A DNA stretch of 64,000 nucleotides from Eledone cirrhosa (Eukaryota), in assembly GCA_964016885.1 (NCBI GenBank), contig OZ024748.1, forward strand, positions 51,832,001 to 51,896,000, read 5' to 3'. The position numbers and the translations under genes were made by a program. The notes beneath the pieces are model-generated. The model had not been told where the DNA came from and ran no database searches. It worked only from the letters and a program-made list of their open reading frames with translations. The stretch's first letter is position 1. Each line of letters begins with the position of its first letter. Of the stretch, positions 1 to 12,914 are shown one piece after another.

Positions 1-146
1 ATATGTATATGTATATGTATATATATGTATATATGTGTATATATGTTAAACAAGCAAATTATAAACATAAACATGTATGTTTTTGAAACGGTGCGCGAGT
101 TTGAAATTAGAAATTAGAAATTATAAGCTTTCACCGTATTTTAGAC

Positions 147-264
147 TAGCTTGATAGTGGGGTTTATAACCCTCGGAGAAATGGAAAGATGAGGGTTGCC
201 GTACATGTACGGCAACACTCACTTTTTTCCATTTCTCCGAGGGTTATAAACCCCACTATCAGGC

Positions 265-266
<2 letters not shown>
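147..266. repeat. ~120-bp near-perfect spacerless palindrome next to (TA)n
   Basis: tagcttgatagtggggtttataaccctcggagaaatggaaa...gttgccgtaca|tgtacggcaac...tttccatttctccgagggttataaaccccactatcaggcta. Confidence 0.9.
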
Positions 267-1158
<892 letters not shown>

Positions 1159-1239
1159 AAAAGCAAATACAAATAATAAAACAGATGACATAGTACAAAG
1201 AGGAAATATATTAGTTTTATGCTTGATATAGTAGGAAAA

Positions 1240-1280
1240 GTGTCTGAACGTTTCGGATGCTCGTCCTTCATCAGAAAATA
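1240..1280 (-). ncRNA. Minimal type I hammerhead ribozyme-like motif (family A), in a Penelope-like pLTR remnant ~1155-1330
   Basis: Minus strand tatttt-CTGATGA-A-GGAC-GAGC-ATCC-GAAACGTT-cagac; homologous to 26515-26555 including downstream flank; stem I weak. Confidence 0.6.
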
Positions 1281-1427
1281 GATTGAGAAATTAGTGAAGA
1301 AATAGAAAGATTGAAGAAAGTAGAACACAGAAACAATATATCTTACAACTCTAATTTTTATTTCATTGGTGAGACATCACATGTCAAGAAACACATCAAC
1401 TTGTGGTGAAGATAGCAAATACATATT

Positions 1428-1815
1428 ATGTATGGTATGGTATGTTCCCGTTACTCCTGAAAGAGTCGTAGGGGCGCCGTATTAACATACAGCGTCTCTA
1501 GGGCATTTTAAGTCTGGCAGACCCCACTGCTCTCCAGGCCTGAGGACAGCAGATTTCTATCAGAGAAAGTTAGAAAGTGAGAGAGGGTAAATGATAGAGG
1601 AAGAAGTACTAGACTGGTATTTTTAGTACTAGACCAGTACTAGACTGGTACTTCTAGTACTAGACCAGTACTAGACTGTTACTTCTAGTACTAGACCAGT
1701 ACTAGACTGTTACTTTTTTTTTTATCGACCTCGAAAGAATGAAAGGCAAAGGTGACCTCAGTGGGATTTGAACTCCAAGAGAAGAGAGCCAGAACAAATG
1801 CAATAAAGCATTCTA
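1428..1815 (-). mobile_element. SINE family B (family-A-like body plus distinct tail ending in (CATA)n)
   Basis: Homologous to 11640-11865, 12915-13225, 13495-13755, 38630-38950; B-box-like gagttcaaatccc on minus strand. Confidence 0.7.
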
Positions 1816-1954
1816 TCAATGTTATAATAAATTACGTAATTATTTTAAAACTCTTTTACTCTTTTACCTGTTCCAGCCATCCGGCTGAGGCCATGCTGGG
1901 GCACCTATTTCACATTGGCTTCATTTTCCTTGAACTTATGTATGCCATGCTTTC

Positions 1955-2097
1955 TAGCATAGTTACGTCCCTTTACAGTCTGAGTTCAAATCCCGCCGAA
2001 GTTAACTTTGCCTTTCATCCTTACGGGGTCGATAAAATAAAGTACCAGTAATGCACTGGGATAATTGCTGGCCTTGTGCCAAACGTAGAAACAATTA
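1955..2097 (+). mobile_element. SINE family A, 5'-truncated
   Basis: ctgagttcaaatcccgccga...gcctttcatccttacggggtcgataaaataaagtaccag...gctggccttgtgccaaa.gtagaaacaattat. Confidence 0.85.
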
Positions 2098-2334
2098 TAT
2101 TAACACTCTAAACCTGATTGTTTTCATTTTACTGAGCTCCCTGCTAAACAATTTGCTTAAAGGAAACATTTTCATCATAATTGTAATTTATTTCATTCTA
2201 TAATTATATTAATAATTCAGTCCTGTAAATTAATCTAAAATTGTATTTTTATGCTAATATCTCCGATTTGAGCATTTATATAATGTATTTCACTAATTGA
2301 GCATATTTCTGTTCTTGACGTAGTTAATCATATT

Positions 2335-2369
<35 letters not shown>

Positions 2370-2480
2370 TCACACATGTATGTATATATATACACACACA
2401 GAAATAAATGCTCACACATGTGCACGCACATGCTCACTGACATGTAAGTATGTATATATATATATATATATGTGTGTGTG

Positions 2481-2876
2481 TCATCATCATCATCATTTCA
2501 TTTTACGTCCGCTTTTTCCCTGCTTGCAAGGGTGGGACAGGAACTGATTCTGGCTTGATTTTTACAGCTGGATGCCCTTCCTAACACCAACCTCATTTAC
2601 AGGGAGTGCTGGGTGCTTTTTTTCCGTGGCGCCTACACGTCCACTTTACAGTGTGGGCTGGGTGCTTTTTTGCCGCGGCATCTCCACGACCACTTTGCAG
2701 TGGAATGATAGGGACCCCAGTCCCTATCATCTCATTTCTACAGCTGAGTAAACTGGAGCAATGTGAAATAAAGTGTCTTGCTCAAGGAAACAACACACCA
2801 CCCGGTCTGAGAATTGAACTCACAACCTCTCGATAGCAAGGCCAATGTCACTAAGACCACTAAGCCATGTGCCTCC

Positions 2877-2877
<1 letters not shown>
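2481..2877 (-). mobile_element. tRNA-headed SINE with RTE-derived tail (Ceph-SINE-like), full length
   Basis: Minus strand: A-box tggcttagtgg, B-box-like gagttcaattc, ccttgagcaagacact domain, aggaagggcatccagc motif, tail gcaagcagggaaaaagcggacgtaaaa(tga)n; copies at 42392 and 53877. Confidence 0.85.
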
Positions 2878-2931
<54 letters not shown>

Positions 2932-3124
2932 TTGCCTACTCGTGTTTGGAGACATTTTCTGTGCCCATGTTGTGAAAGCCACATATATATGACATATATA
3001 TATATATATATAAGTGGGGGGAGGGTATGTGTGTGGGTATGTGCATGTGTGTATGTGTGCATGCCTATGTTTCATGAGTGTGTGTGTATATGGGCATATA
3101 TGTGCGCGCGTGTGTTTATATTTC

Positions 3125-3630
3125 TCTGTACATATATATGTCCGTACATGTCTATTTTACATGTGTGTGTGTGTATGTGTATGTTTCTATATACTTATAT
3201 ATGTATATACATGTCTATGTTTCAATGTGTGTGTATGTGTGTGTATGTGTGTATGTCTATGTTTCATGTGTGTGTGTTTATGTGTATGTGTGTGTGTGTG
3301 TATGTTTCTATATACTTATATATATGTCCGTACATGTCTATGTTTCATGTGTGTGTGTTTATGTGTGTGTGTGTGTGTGTATGTTTATGTTGCTATATAC
3401 TTATATATATGTCCGTACATGTCTATGTTTCATGTGTGTGTGTTTATGTGTGTGTGTGTGTATGTTTATGTTGCTATATACTTATATATATGTCCGTACA
3501 TGTCTATGTTTCATGTGTGTGTGTGTTTATGTGTGTGTGTGTGTATGTTTATGTTGCTATATACTTATATATATGTCCGTACATGTCTATGTTTCATGTG
3601 TGTGTGTGTTTATGTGTGTGTGTGTATGTA
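3125..3630. repeat. ~80-bp GT-rich minisatellite, ~6 variable units
   Basis: Recurrent ctatatacttatatatatgtccgtacatgtctatgtttcat(gt)n. Confidence 0.85.
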
Positions 3631-3864
3631 TCGCATCATGTGCCTGTTGTTTTATAAGTTGCATCTGTCATGTTAGGCTGTTGCACATGTCACTAGAGAA
3701 GACATTATTGCTGGCCCTACTCAAATTAGTTTCCTCGTTAGCGACTTAATTGAGAGCAGCATACAGACTAGCTGCTAGGAGAAGTGAAAGAGTGGTGGGG
3801 GGGGGTGAGAATTATATAAATATAGAGAATTTTCATAAATATTCTTGCTCTGTCTGACATTGTT

Positions 3865-4250
3865 TCTATCATCATCATCATCTACAACATCATCATCATC
3901 ACTATCATCATCATCATCATCATCTACAACATCATCATCATCATCTACAACATCATCATCACTATCATCATCATCATCATCAGCTACAACATCATCATCA
4001 TCATCACTATCAACATCATCATCATCACTATCATCATCATCATCATCATCACTATCAACAACATCATCTACAACATCATCATCACTATCAACATGAGGAA
4101 CATCATTGTCAGTATGTTTGTTGTCATGTTGGTAATGATGATGATGATGACGATGATGATGATGATGATGATGACGATGATGATGATTATCATCAGCGTC
4201 GTCATCATTGATCAGTGTTGTCGTCATCAATCTGATCATCATCATTATCG
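3865..4250. repeat. (CAT)n/(GAT)n trinucleotide repeat
   Basis: Direct inspection. Confidence 0.9.
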
Positions 4251-4256
4251 CCATTG

Positions 4257-4495
4257 TAAACTACCTGCATCAGTTGTTAGCTGTCGGGACACTGCATCCT
4301 TCAAAACTTCCATGCTTCCCAAAATTCACGAGATATTCCCCCTCCATACACACACATGTATCTGTTTGTATATCATGACTCATACACTGTTCACTTTCCT
4401 GACATTTGTTCATTATTCTATCTACTATACATGCACCTTTGGTGAGGTGTAGTGCACCTGAGCACTGTACACAATCATTTTCATTATTATTATTT
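4257..4495 (+). mobile_element. CR1/L2-type LINE 3' end fragment
   Basis: Near-identical to 32814-33060 (KLPASVVSCRDTASFKTSML + 3'UTR + (TTA)n). Confidence 0.8.
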
Positions 4496-4504
4496 TTATA
4501 GAAG

Positions 4505-4692
4505 GGTGGTAGATTGGCAGTATCGGTAGAGGGTCGGACGCCATGCTTTGACGTATAGAGTTACGGCCCTTGCCATTCTGAGTTCAAATCCCGCCGAAGT
4601 TAACTTGTCCTTACGGGGTCGATAAAATAAAGTACCAGTAATACACTGGGGTAATTGCTGGCCTTGTACCAAACGTAGAAACAATTATTATT
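4505..4692 (+). mobile_element. SINE family A
   Basis: ttggcagtatcggtagag A-box-like head, gagttcaaatccc B-box, family A 3' end. Confidence 0.85.
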
Positions 4693-5239
4693 ATTTTTAT
4701 AAGTTAATCCAAATATAAGCCAACCCGCTTCTTATTTTATGTCTGAAAAATGGGCAAAAATTCAAACCCTGTATATAAGCTGAGGCAGATAATGAATACA
4801 TTGTTTAGATGGTGTATATATGTCTACCTCCCATTTTACTATTGCTTTTTTTTTGGGGGGGGGGGGTTACGTATTCCTCAGCTTATACTCAAGTATATGC
4901 TCTAAATTATATTAAATTACTAAGCATAGAAATTTAATTTTAAGTGAGACTTGTTGATAATTTCTTGAAATTATTTCCCTTTCTTTTTGAGACTTATTAA
5001 CAATTGCCACTAGGTTTTTGTTTTCCTGCTCAACAATAAGCCAATGAGTGGATTACAGCAACCAAATCTAAACACCCCCATCACAACCATTGTAGAACAA
5101 GATACACAATGGTTACTGTTAGAATGTCTTTGAGAGGTCTGCATGATCAGAGCTGACCTGGGACCAACTCCAACATTTACAATTGGTAACACCATTACCA
5201 ACCTGTGGTGGCTCACCTTTACTCTCACTGTTCAGATCA

Positions 5240-5852
5240 ACACCACCACCACCATCACCACCATCATTGAGACCACCACCACCACCCCCATCATCATCAT
5301 CATCCATTAGAAGCAGCCTGCCCAGATGAAATCATCATCATCACCATTATCATCATCTTCGCAATTATCGTCATCGGCATCATCATCACCATTATCATCA
5401 TCACCATCATCACCATCACCACCATCACCACCATTATCATCATCATCATCAATGTCATCATCTTCGCCCTTATCGTCATCATCATCATCATCATCACCAC
5501 CATTATCATCATCATCTCCATCATCATCATCATCAGCATCATCATCAGCATCATCACCATCACCATTATCATCATCACCATCATCATCACCATCACCACC
5601 ATCACCATCACCATCATCACCACTCCTACCACCACCACCACCACCACCATCATCATCCATTAGAAGCAACCTGCCCAGATGAAATCATCACCACCATCAT
5701 CATCATCACCATCACCATCACCATCACCATCATCACCATCATCACCATCACCATCATCATCGTCATCATCATCATCATCACCACTCCTACCACCACCGCC
5801 ACCATCATCATCATCATCATCATCCATTAGAAGCAACCTGCCCAGATGAAAT
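5240..5852. repeat. (CAT/CAC)n array punctuated by three copies of a 32-bp unique motif
   Basis: catccattagaagcaRcctgcccagatgaaat at ~5301, ~5654, ~5821. Confidence 0.9.
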
Positions 5853-5994
5853 GAGTCAACCTAATACTACAATCTGATTGGTTGATGACTTCCAACCAGC
5901 TGTGCTGTGTCAATATTGAGTAAGGTAGGAAGAATCACACACCATCGACTTTATTGATGAGTGTAACAGCACAATTGTATTGACTCTTTCTCTC

Positions 5995-6723
5995 CTATGT
6001 GTGTGTGTCTCTGTGTGTGTTGGTGTGTGTGTTGGTGTGTGTTGGTGTGTGTGTTTGTGTATTGGTGTGTGTGTGTTTGTGTATTGGTGTCTGCGTGTGT
6101 GTGTGTGTTTGTGTATTGGTGTGTGTGTGTGTTTGTGCATTGGTGTGTGTGTGTGTATTGGTGTGTGTGTTGGTGTGTGCGTGTTTGTGTGTTGGTGTGT
6201 ATGTGTGTGTTGGTGTGCGCGTGTGTGTGTTTGTGTATTAGTGTCTGTGTGTTTGTGTATTGGTGTGTGTGTGTTTGTGTATTGGTGTGTGCGTGTGTGT
6301 TTGTGTATTGATGTGTGTGTGTGTGTTGGTGTGTGTGTGTGTGTATTGGTGTGTGTGTTGGTGTGTGCGTGTTTGTGTGTTGGTGTGTATGTGTGTGTTG
6401 GTGTGTGTGTTGGTGTGTGCGTGTGTGTTTGTGTGTTTGTGTATTAGTGTCTGTGTGTGTTTGTGTATTGGTGTGTGTGTGTTGGTGTGTGTATGTGTGT
6501 GTTTGTGTATTAGTGTGTGTTTGTGTATTGGTTTGTGTGTGTGTTAGTGTGTATGTATTGTTAAGTGTGTGTGTCTTGTGTTTCCGTGTGTCTGTGTATT
6601 GTAGTATATCTTCCTGTGTGTATTGAGGTGGATGTGTGTGTTGTGTGCATGTATGTTGTGTATGTATGTGTTGTTGTGTATGTGTATGTGTTAAGTATGT
6701 GTGTGTATTGTGGTGTGTCTGTG

Positions 6724-6754
<31 letters not shown>

Positions 6755-7096
6755 AGACATATATGTGTTAGCATGTGTGATTATGATGTGTATTGTGATG
6801 TACATGAGTGTGTATATATATATACACACACACACACGCACACTACTTAGCATGTATAAACATAAGCATGTGGTTTGTGTATGTGTATTTGTGTGTAAGT
6901 GTGTGTTCTGGTGTATATGTGTGTGTAAGTGTGTTTATGTTGAGTGTGTGTTGTAGTGTATATGTGTATACAAACATATATATACTTGTTACCATGTACA
7001 AACACAAACACATGTGTTTCCCTTTCAGCAATACACACAGACGAGGTTTACTTATGTAGATTCATGCTCTTATATGTGTGTGTGTGTGGGGGGGGG

Positions 7097-7130
<34 letters not shown>

Positions 7131-7510
7131 ATACATATACATACATACAGCTATGCACACATATATATATACAGAAACAAACAAAAATATCTCTACATAC
7201 ACGCACATGTATGTAGGCATGTATGTATGTATGTAAGCACGTAAGCATGTATGTATGTACGTAAGCATGTATGTATGTAAGCATGTATGTATGTATGTAA
7301 GCATGTATGTATGTGTATATGTATGTATGTATGTAAGCATGTATGTATGTATGTAAGCATGTATGTATGTATGTGTATATGTATGAATGTAAGCATGTAT
7401 ATATGTATGTAAGCATGTATGTATGTAAGCAAGTGTGTATGAAAGCATGTATGTATGCAAAGTGTATGTTTGTATGTATATATATGTATGTATCCAGTGT
7501 GTATATATGT
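5995..7510. repeat. (GT)n-derived and (ATGT)n/aagcatgt low-complexity repeats
   Basis: Direct inspection. Confidence 0.9.
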
Positions 7511-7884
7511 GTTCATCCATATAGCCTATATAGTATGTGCATGAATGATGAACATTTCTGTTTTAGCTCAGTCCAATGGATATCAGCTCTTGCTCTCTCA
7601 GTCCCTCTTTCTCTCCCTCAACAATCAACATCAATTGATTTATAAGGGTAAGTTAAGTTCCCATGATTCAATGCTTATGTTTGCTGGAGCTAAAGCCTGT
7701 AGCGAAAGGTGCTGAGAAATGCTGTTTTCTTTATATTTGCTAACCAACACACTTTTATTCTCTGTCATTATACCAAATCAGGTTAAATCATGTTCATTCA
7801 TGTTTAATCACACTGAAAGATAATTAAACAGGTTAAAAGTCCTCTTTTGATACTATTACTACCAATATAGTTTGGTTTTTTTCT

Positions 7885-8765
7885 CAACCATTTCAGTAGA
7901 ATCGTTAGCACAACGAATGAAATGCTTTGCAGTATTTGTTATGATCTGCTATGTCCTGAGTTCAAATCCTGTCATGGTCAACTTAGCCTTTCATCTTTCT
8001 AGGTTCGATAAAAAAAAATATTACTGGGGTTGATATAAATTCCAGTTTCCCTTACGTTGTAGGCCTTGTGCCAAAAGTAGAAATCATTGTTATTATTTTT
8101 AGGGCGGTGAGAGAGAGTGGATTGGAAGTATCAGTAGAGCATCAAACAATAAGCTTTGCGGCATAAAGTTACGGCCCTTTGCGTTCTGAGTTCAAATCCT
8201 ACCGAGGTTAGCTTTGCCTTTCATCCTTAGGAAGTTGCTAAAATAAAGTACCAGTTATGTACTGGGGTCGATTTCATCAGCTTTCCACTCCACCAAAAAA
8301 TGTTGGCAATGTGTCTCAGTCAGAAACCATTATTTTTAGGGCGGTGGATTAGCAGTATCAGTAGAGGGTCTGACGCCATGCTTTGCAGCAAAGAGTTATG
8401 CCCCTTTATGGTCTGAGTTCAAATCCCGCCGAGGTTAACTTTGCCTTTCATCCTTACGGGGTCGATAAAATAAAGTACCAGTAATACACTGGATAATTGC
8501 TGGCCTTGTGCCAAAAAGTAGAAACAATTATTTTTAGGGCGGTGGATTGGCAGAATCAGTAGCCTGTCCGACAAAAAGCTTTGCAGCATATAGTTATGGC
8601 TTTTACATTCTGAGTTTAAATCCCACTGAGGTTACCTTTTCATTTGATTCTTATGGGTTCAATAAAATAGAGTACCAGTAACAAACTGGGAATGATTTAA
8701 TCAACATTCCCCTACCCCAAAAAACTGCTAACCTTGTGGCTAAATCAGAAACCATTGTTATTATT
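7885..8765 (+). mobile_element. Head-to-tail array of four SINE family A copies
   Basis: Units start ~7885, 8100, 8338, 8536; each has a gagttcaaatcc-like B box and ends agaaacYatt; junctions tttttagggcggtg. Confidence 0.85.
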
Positions 8766-8837
8766 GAGAGAGAGAGAGTAGAAAGTGGTTTTCCAGAAGG
8801 CAAAGAATAATGGACTTAAGTGAGTTGTAGCATTTAA

Positions 8838-9341
8838 CCCTTTAGCATTTACATTACTCTATATATACTATTGTATTTCCACAGTAAAGGCTTTATCTTA
8901 CATAATATCTCACATAACATTTACATTACTCTATATATACTATTGTATTTCCACAGTAAAGGCTTTATCTTACATAATATCTCACATAACATTTACATTA
9001 CTCTATATATACTATTATATTTCCACAGTAAAGGCTTTATCTTACATAATATCTCACATAACATTTACATTACTCTATATATACTATTGTATTTCCACAG
9101 TAAAGGCTTTATCTTACATAATATCTCACATAACATTTACATTACTCTATATATACTATTGTATTTCCACAGTAAAGGCTTTATCTTACATAACATCTCA
9201 CATAATATTGAACCTATGAGATTTTGATATTTATTTTGATAACAATACCTTAACATAAGTATGAGCAGCCGGTTACAGCCTGCTTGAACAGAAAGGGTGA
9301 GAGAATTCTGGCCAGTTTTAGCCAGTGTAAATGCTAAGGGG
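8838..9341 (+). mobile_element. piggyBac-type MITE with internal 5 x 72-bp tandem expansion
   Basis: TTAA|CCCTTTAGCATTTA...TAAATGCTAAGGGG|TTAA; 72-bp unit repeated over 8846-9205. Confidence 0.85.
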
Positions 9342-9439
9342 TTAATTCAAATCACACAAAGATTGCCAATAATATTTTACTATTTATCCTTCTAGGGTCA
9401 AGAAATAAAGTACCACTTACATAAATTGGTAAAATTGTT

Positions 9440-9536
9440 ATGAGAGAGTGTAGCTGATGAAGGACTGTGATGAATGGAGAGATGCTGAAAAGGACCTGTC
9501 CCACCCTTGCAAGCAAGGAGAAGCGGACATGATGAT
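9440..9536 (+). mobile_element. RTE LINE extreme 3' fragment
   Basis: tggagagatgctg...aggacctgtcccacccttgcaagcaaggagaagcggac(atg)n matches 53655-53730. Confidence 0.6.
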
Positions 9537-9703
9537 ACAAGATGTCTGCTGATATTTATTCTGGCACTTTGCCTTCTGAACTCAAATTCCTTCAAGGGAT
9601 TAGCATGCTACCAATCACCAGGTCTAACCACAGAACCACAAGATATTAGGAAAAATACAATGGATGGAGTAGGATTGTGGTCTTCAACTACTGTAGTCAA
9701 ACT

Positions 9704-10036
9704 ATGATGGTGATGATGATGATGGTGGTGGCGGTGGTGGTGATGGTGGTGGTGGTGATGGTGATGATGATGATGATAATGGTGGTGGTGATGGTGATGG
9801 TGGTGGTGATGATGATGGTGATAATGATGATGATGGTGGTGGCGATGATGATGATGGTGGTAATGATGATGATTATAATGATGATGGTGATGCTGGTGAT
9901 AATGATGGTGATAATGATGGTGATAATGGTGGTGATAATGATGGTGGTGATAATGATGGTGGTGATGGCGGTGGTGGTGATAGCGATGATGGTAGTAGTG
10001 AGGATGATGATGATTATAATGATAATGATGGTGATA
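9704..10036. repeat. (GAT/GGT)n repeat
   Basis: Direct inspection. Confidence 0.9.
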
Positions 10037-10331
10037 ACTACGCTCAACCCTAAGCTACATCAATATATATAGTTTATAGAAAGTTGACAAGGCTGAACAC
10101 TCGTATGATTAATAGATTATTTTAAAGAAAATTGCTTTACAGATATTAAATATAGTATTAGTAGCCTTTAAAGTATATAAACAGATTTCTTTTTTTTTAA
10201 AGATTATGTCAAGTTCACAGAGATAAGATATTTTTTCTAGAACTGCTAGAGTTTGTTAAAATAACAACAAAAAGAATTGCAAAAAAAAAAAAAAATGTAA
10301 AATAGCTTATATCAAGTATTGTGTGATATGT

Positions 10332-10673
10332 AATAAATGGTTGATAAGTTTCAGAAAGCTGGTACAATGTGGTAGATATATATATATAAAGGGCAAAGGA
10401 TGACAAACCAAACAAAGTAATGTTTTACACAGTATATTTCAACATAATATTTCAGCGCTACAACTCTCTTTTCAAATGTAAAATGAAAACAGGATCAATC
10501 ATTTTGCTTTGAACCACTTTTGTTTTACATTTGAAAACAGGGTTGTAGCTCTGAAATGTTGAAATATATTGGGTAAAAGCATTACTTTGTTTTGTTTTAT
10601 TTGTCATCTGTTGCCTGTTTTATATTTCCACTGCAATGTACTGGCTTTCTGAAATACTTATCAGTCATTTATT
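10332..10673. repeat. Diverged inverted repeat (~150-bp arms) with degenerate hammerhead-like core
   Basis: Arms 10332-10483 and 10523-10673; right arm TTGAAAA-CAGGG-ttgtag-CTCT-GAAATGTT. Confidence 0.7.
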
Positions 10674-11639
10674 GCAGAAACGTGTTTCAAATATTTTCAT
10701 ATTATTTTACGAATGTTTTAGTTAGGTCAGAACTAACATAAAGAAAGTGATTAATATTTTTACATCATCTGCTCTTAGAAAAGAGGCCAAAGGTAATTTT
10801 ATCACATGATCAAGCAGTTAAAATTATAAGAAAAGATTTTCTAGTGTTGGCAAGGAATAGAGGTTAATTTATATCATTTTTAAATGCTTTCAAGTGTTAC
10901 AAAAATAAAAAGGAAACTTTTTTTAGAATTTTCAAGAGTTTTAGAAATAAAAAGTTGTTTAGACCAAATGTAATGATAATTAAGCAGATTTATTATCAAA
11001 GGCATACCAGCTCTCATCATTCCAGATTTCTTCCTAGGCAGTTCACACTCAGTGCCACATTATATAATGTCATTTTGTAGGTGGTCAAATGTAATTTGAA
11101 ATGGAGTTTAGCTGTTGGTTTAGCCAGTCAAGCTACCCCAAAGCAGCTTCCTCAATGGCACAATGTTAAGATGTTCATGTTATTTAATCTTATGCCAGCC
11201 TTGATCAAGAGGACCTATGATCCAAGATATTCCAGCTATGAATATCCCATCATTTATTCAGATATATTATATATGCATGAATCCATAACTCCTAATGGAG
11301 TTATAAGGGCTCCATCATCACAGTTTCAGCATCTTAAACCTGGTGAAGTCCCCATCACCAATTCTAGATCACAACAGAACTAAAACTTTTTCTAGAGAAG
11401 ACTACAAATGAGAGAGGAAAGGAAGTGAGAAAGAGAGATAGAGAAATAATCGACCCAAGTACTGGGCTACTATTGTTTTTATTGACCTTAAAATTATGAA
11501 AAGCAAAGTTGACCGTAGCAGAATTTGAACTCAAGGAGTGAAGAGAGCTGGAACAAATAGTGCAAAGTATTCCAATTGACTCAAGTAATTTGTTGTCTTT
11601 AGACATCTTATATTTGAGTTTGTATAATCATCCTTTTGG

Positions 11640-11865
11640 TGTTGGTAACAAAGTATCAGTCTAGTACTGGGATCGATTCTTCCTCTATATCTCTTTCTCA
11701 CTTCCCCTCTCTCTCACTTTCTCTTTCAATCCTTCTCTGGAAGAAATCTGATGAAACCAGACCTGGAGAGTCTTCGGCTCTACCAAGCTTAAAATGCCCA
11801 AGAACACCAAATGTCACTATGGCACCCCTATGACTCCATCAGTAGTTATGAAACCATAGCATACT
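11640..11865 (+). mobile_element. SINE family B 3' part
   Basis: ctggaagaaatctg...aaaatgccc...tatggcacccct shared with other B copies. Confidence 0.65.
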
Positions 11866-12359
11866 ATATAATCCAATGCGTTTGTTTATTTTTAAACAAC
11901 GATTGAGCCCAATTTGAGAGAGAGTTTAGCTGTTATATCTAGCATGATTGTAACAATATTGAGGCTCAATGTTATGATGAGGGTGACGGTGACACTGGTG
12001 AAGTAAATACATGATATTGTAGAATATAAAAGACAGAAATTAAGGCCACTGGAGCAAAAGAAGAATCAACCAACAGAATGAATGTAAAACAAAATGAAAT
12101 TGAAAAACTAAAAGAGAACTTCAATCGTTTAGAAAAAAATCTGATTGATTATTCTAGTCAGATCACAAGCTTTTTGTTGGCGATGTTACACAGTCATTCT
12201 CATAGGAAGGTAATAGGAGGCATAAAGTCTGCCAAACAAACATAATAATAATAATTATAATGATGATAATAATGTCTTCTATTGGCCACAAGTGCCTAAG
12301 AAGTTGGAGACATTACAAAGGCAAAGTGACAAACAAAATAACAAACTTCATTCTATAAT

Positions 12360-12895
12360 AATGGTTTCTGATTTAGGCACAAGGCCAACAATTTTGGAGG
12401 AGGAGAAAGTCGATTAAATTGAACCCAGTGCATTACTGATACTTTATTCTATTGACCCCTTAAGGATGAAAAGCAAAGCTAACCTTGACAGGATTTGAAC
12501 TCAGAATGTAAAGGAAAGTAATTAAATGTCATAAAGCATGTTGTCCTATGCTCCCCTGATACTGCCAATCCACTGCCCATAAATATTGGGGGAAGGGCAA
12601 AATTGATTAAATTAACCCCTGTGTTGACTGTCACTTTATTTTATTGACTCCAGAAGAATGAAAAGTAAATTTGACCTCAACGCGATTTGAACTCAAAACA
12701 TAGACAGTTATAACTAAATGCTGCAAAATATTATGTCCAATGCTCTACCAATACTATCAATTCATACCCTGAAGGGGAAAGTTGATTATATCAACCCCAG
12801 TACTTGACTGGTATTTTATTTTATTGATCTCAGAAGGATGAATAACAAAGTTAATCTCAACAGGATTTGAACTCCAGTTGTTCAAAGCCAGAACA
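12360..12895 (-). mobile_element. Three diverged SINE family A copies in tandem
   Basis: Repeated ggatttgaactc and tttattgacYcc...ggatgaa motifs. Confidence 0.75.
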
Positions 12896-12914
12896 AATAT
12901 AATGAGGATGATAA

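Noticed and set aside
5119-5682. D/G-rich or S/P-rich ORFs resembling biomineral or structural proteins
   Set aside because: Trinucleotide repeat open in most frames; no signal peptide or supported exon structure
5876-5905. Partial resemblance to the miR-133 3' end (caaccagctgt)
   Set aside because: Seed region absent and no pre-miRNA-length hairpin
8871-9227. Periodic 118-aa ORF, CRISPR-like periodicity
   Set aside because: 72-bp tandem repeat inside a MITE; no unique spacers and no cas genes; eukaryotic context
9453-9475. ctgatgaaggac as a hammerhead core
   Set aside because: No closing stem II or GAAA; lies in an RTE remnant. The same applies to ctgatga at 48244 and 25695 (-)
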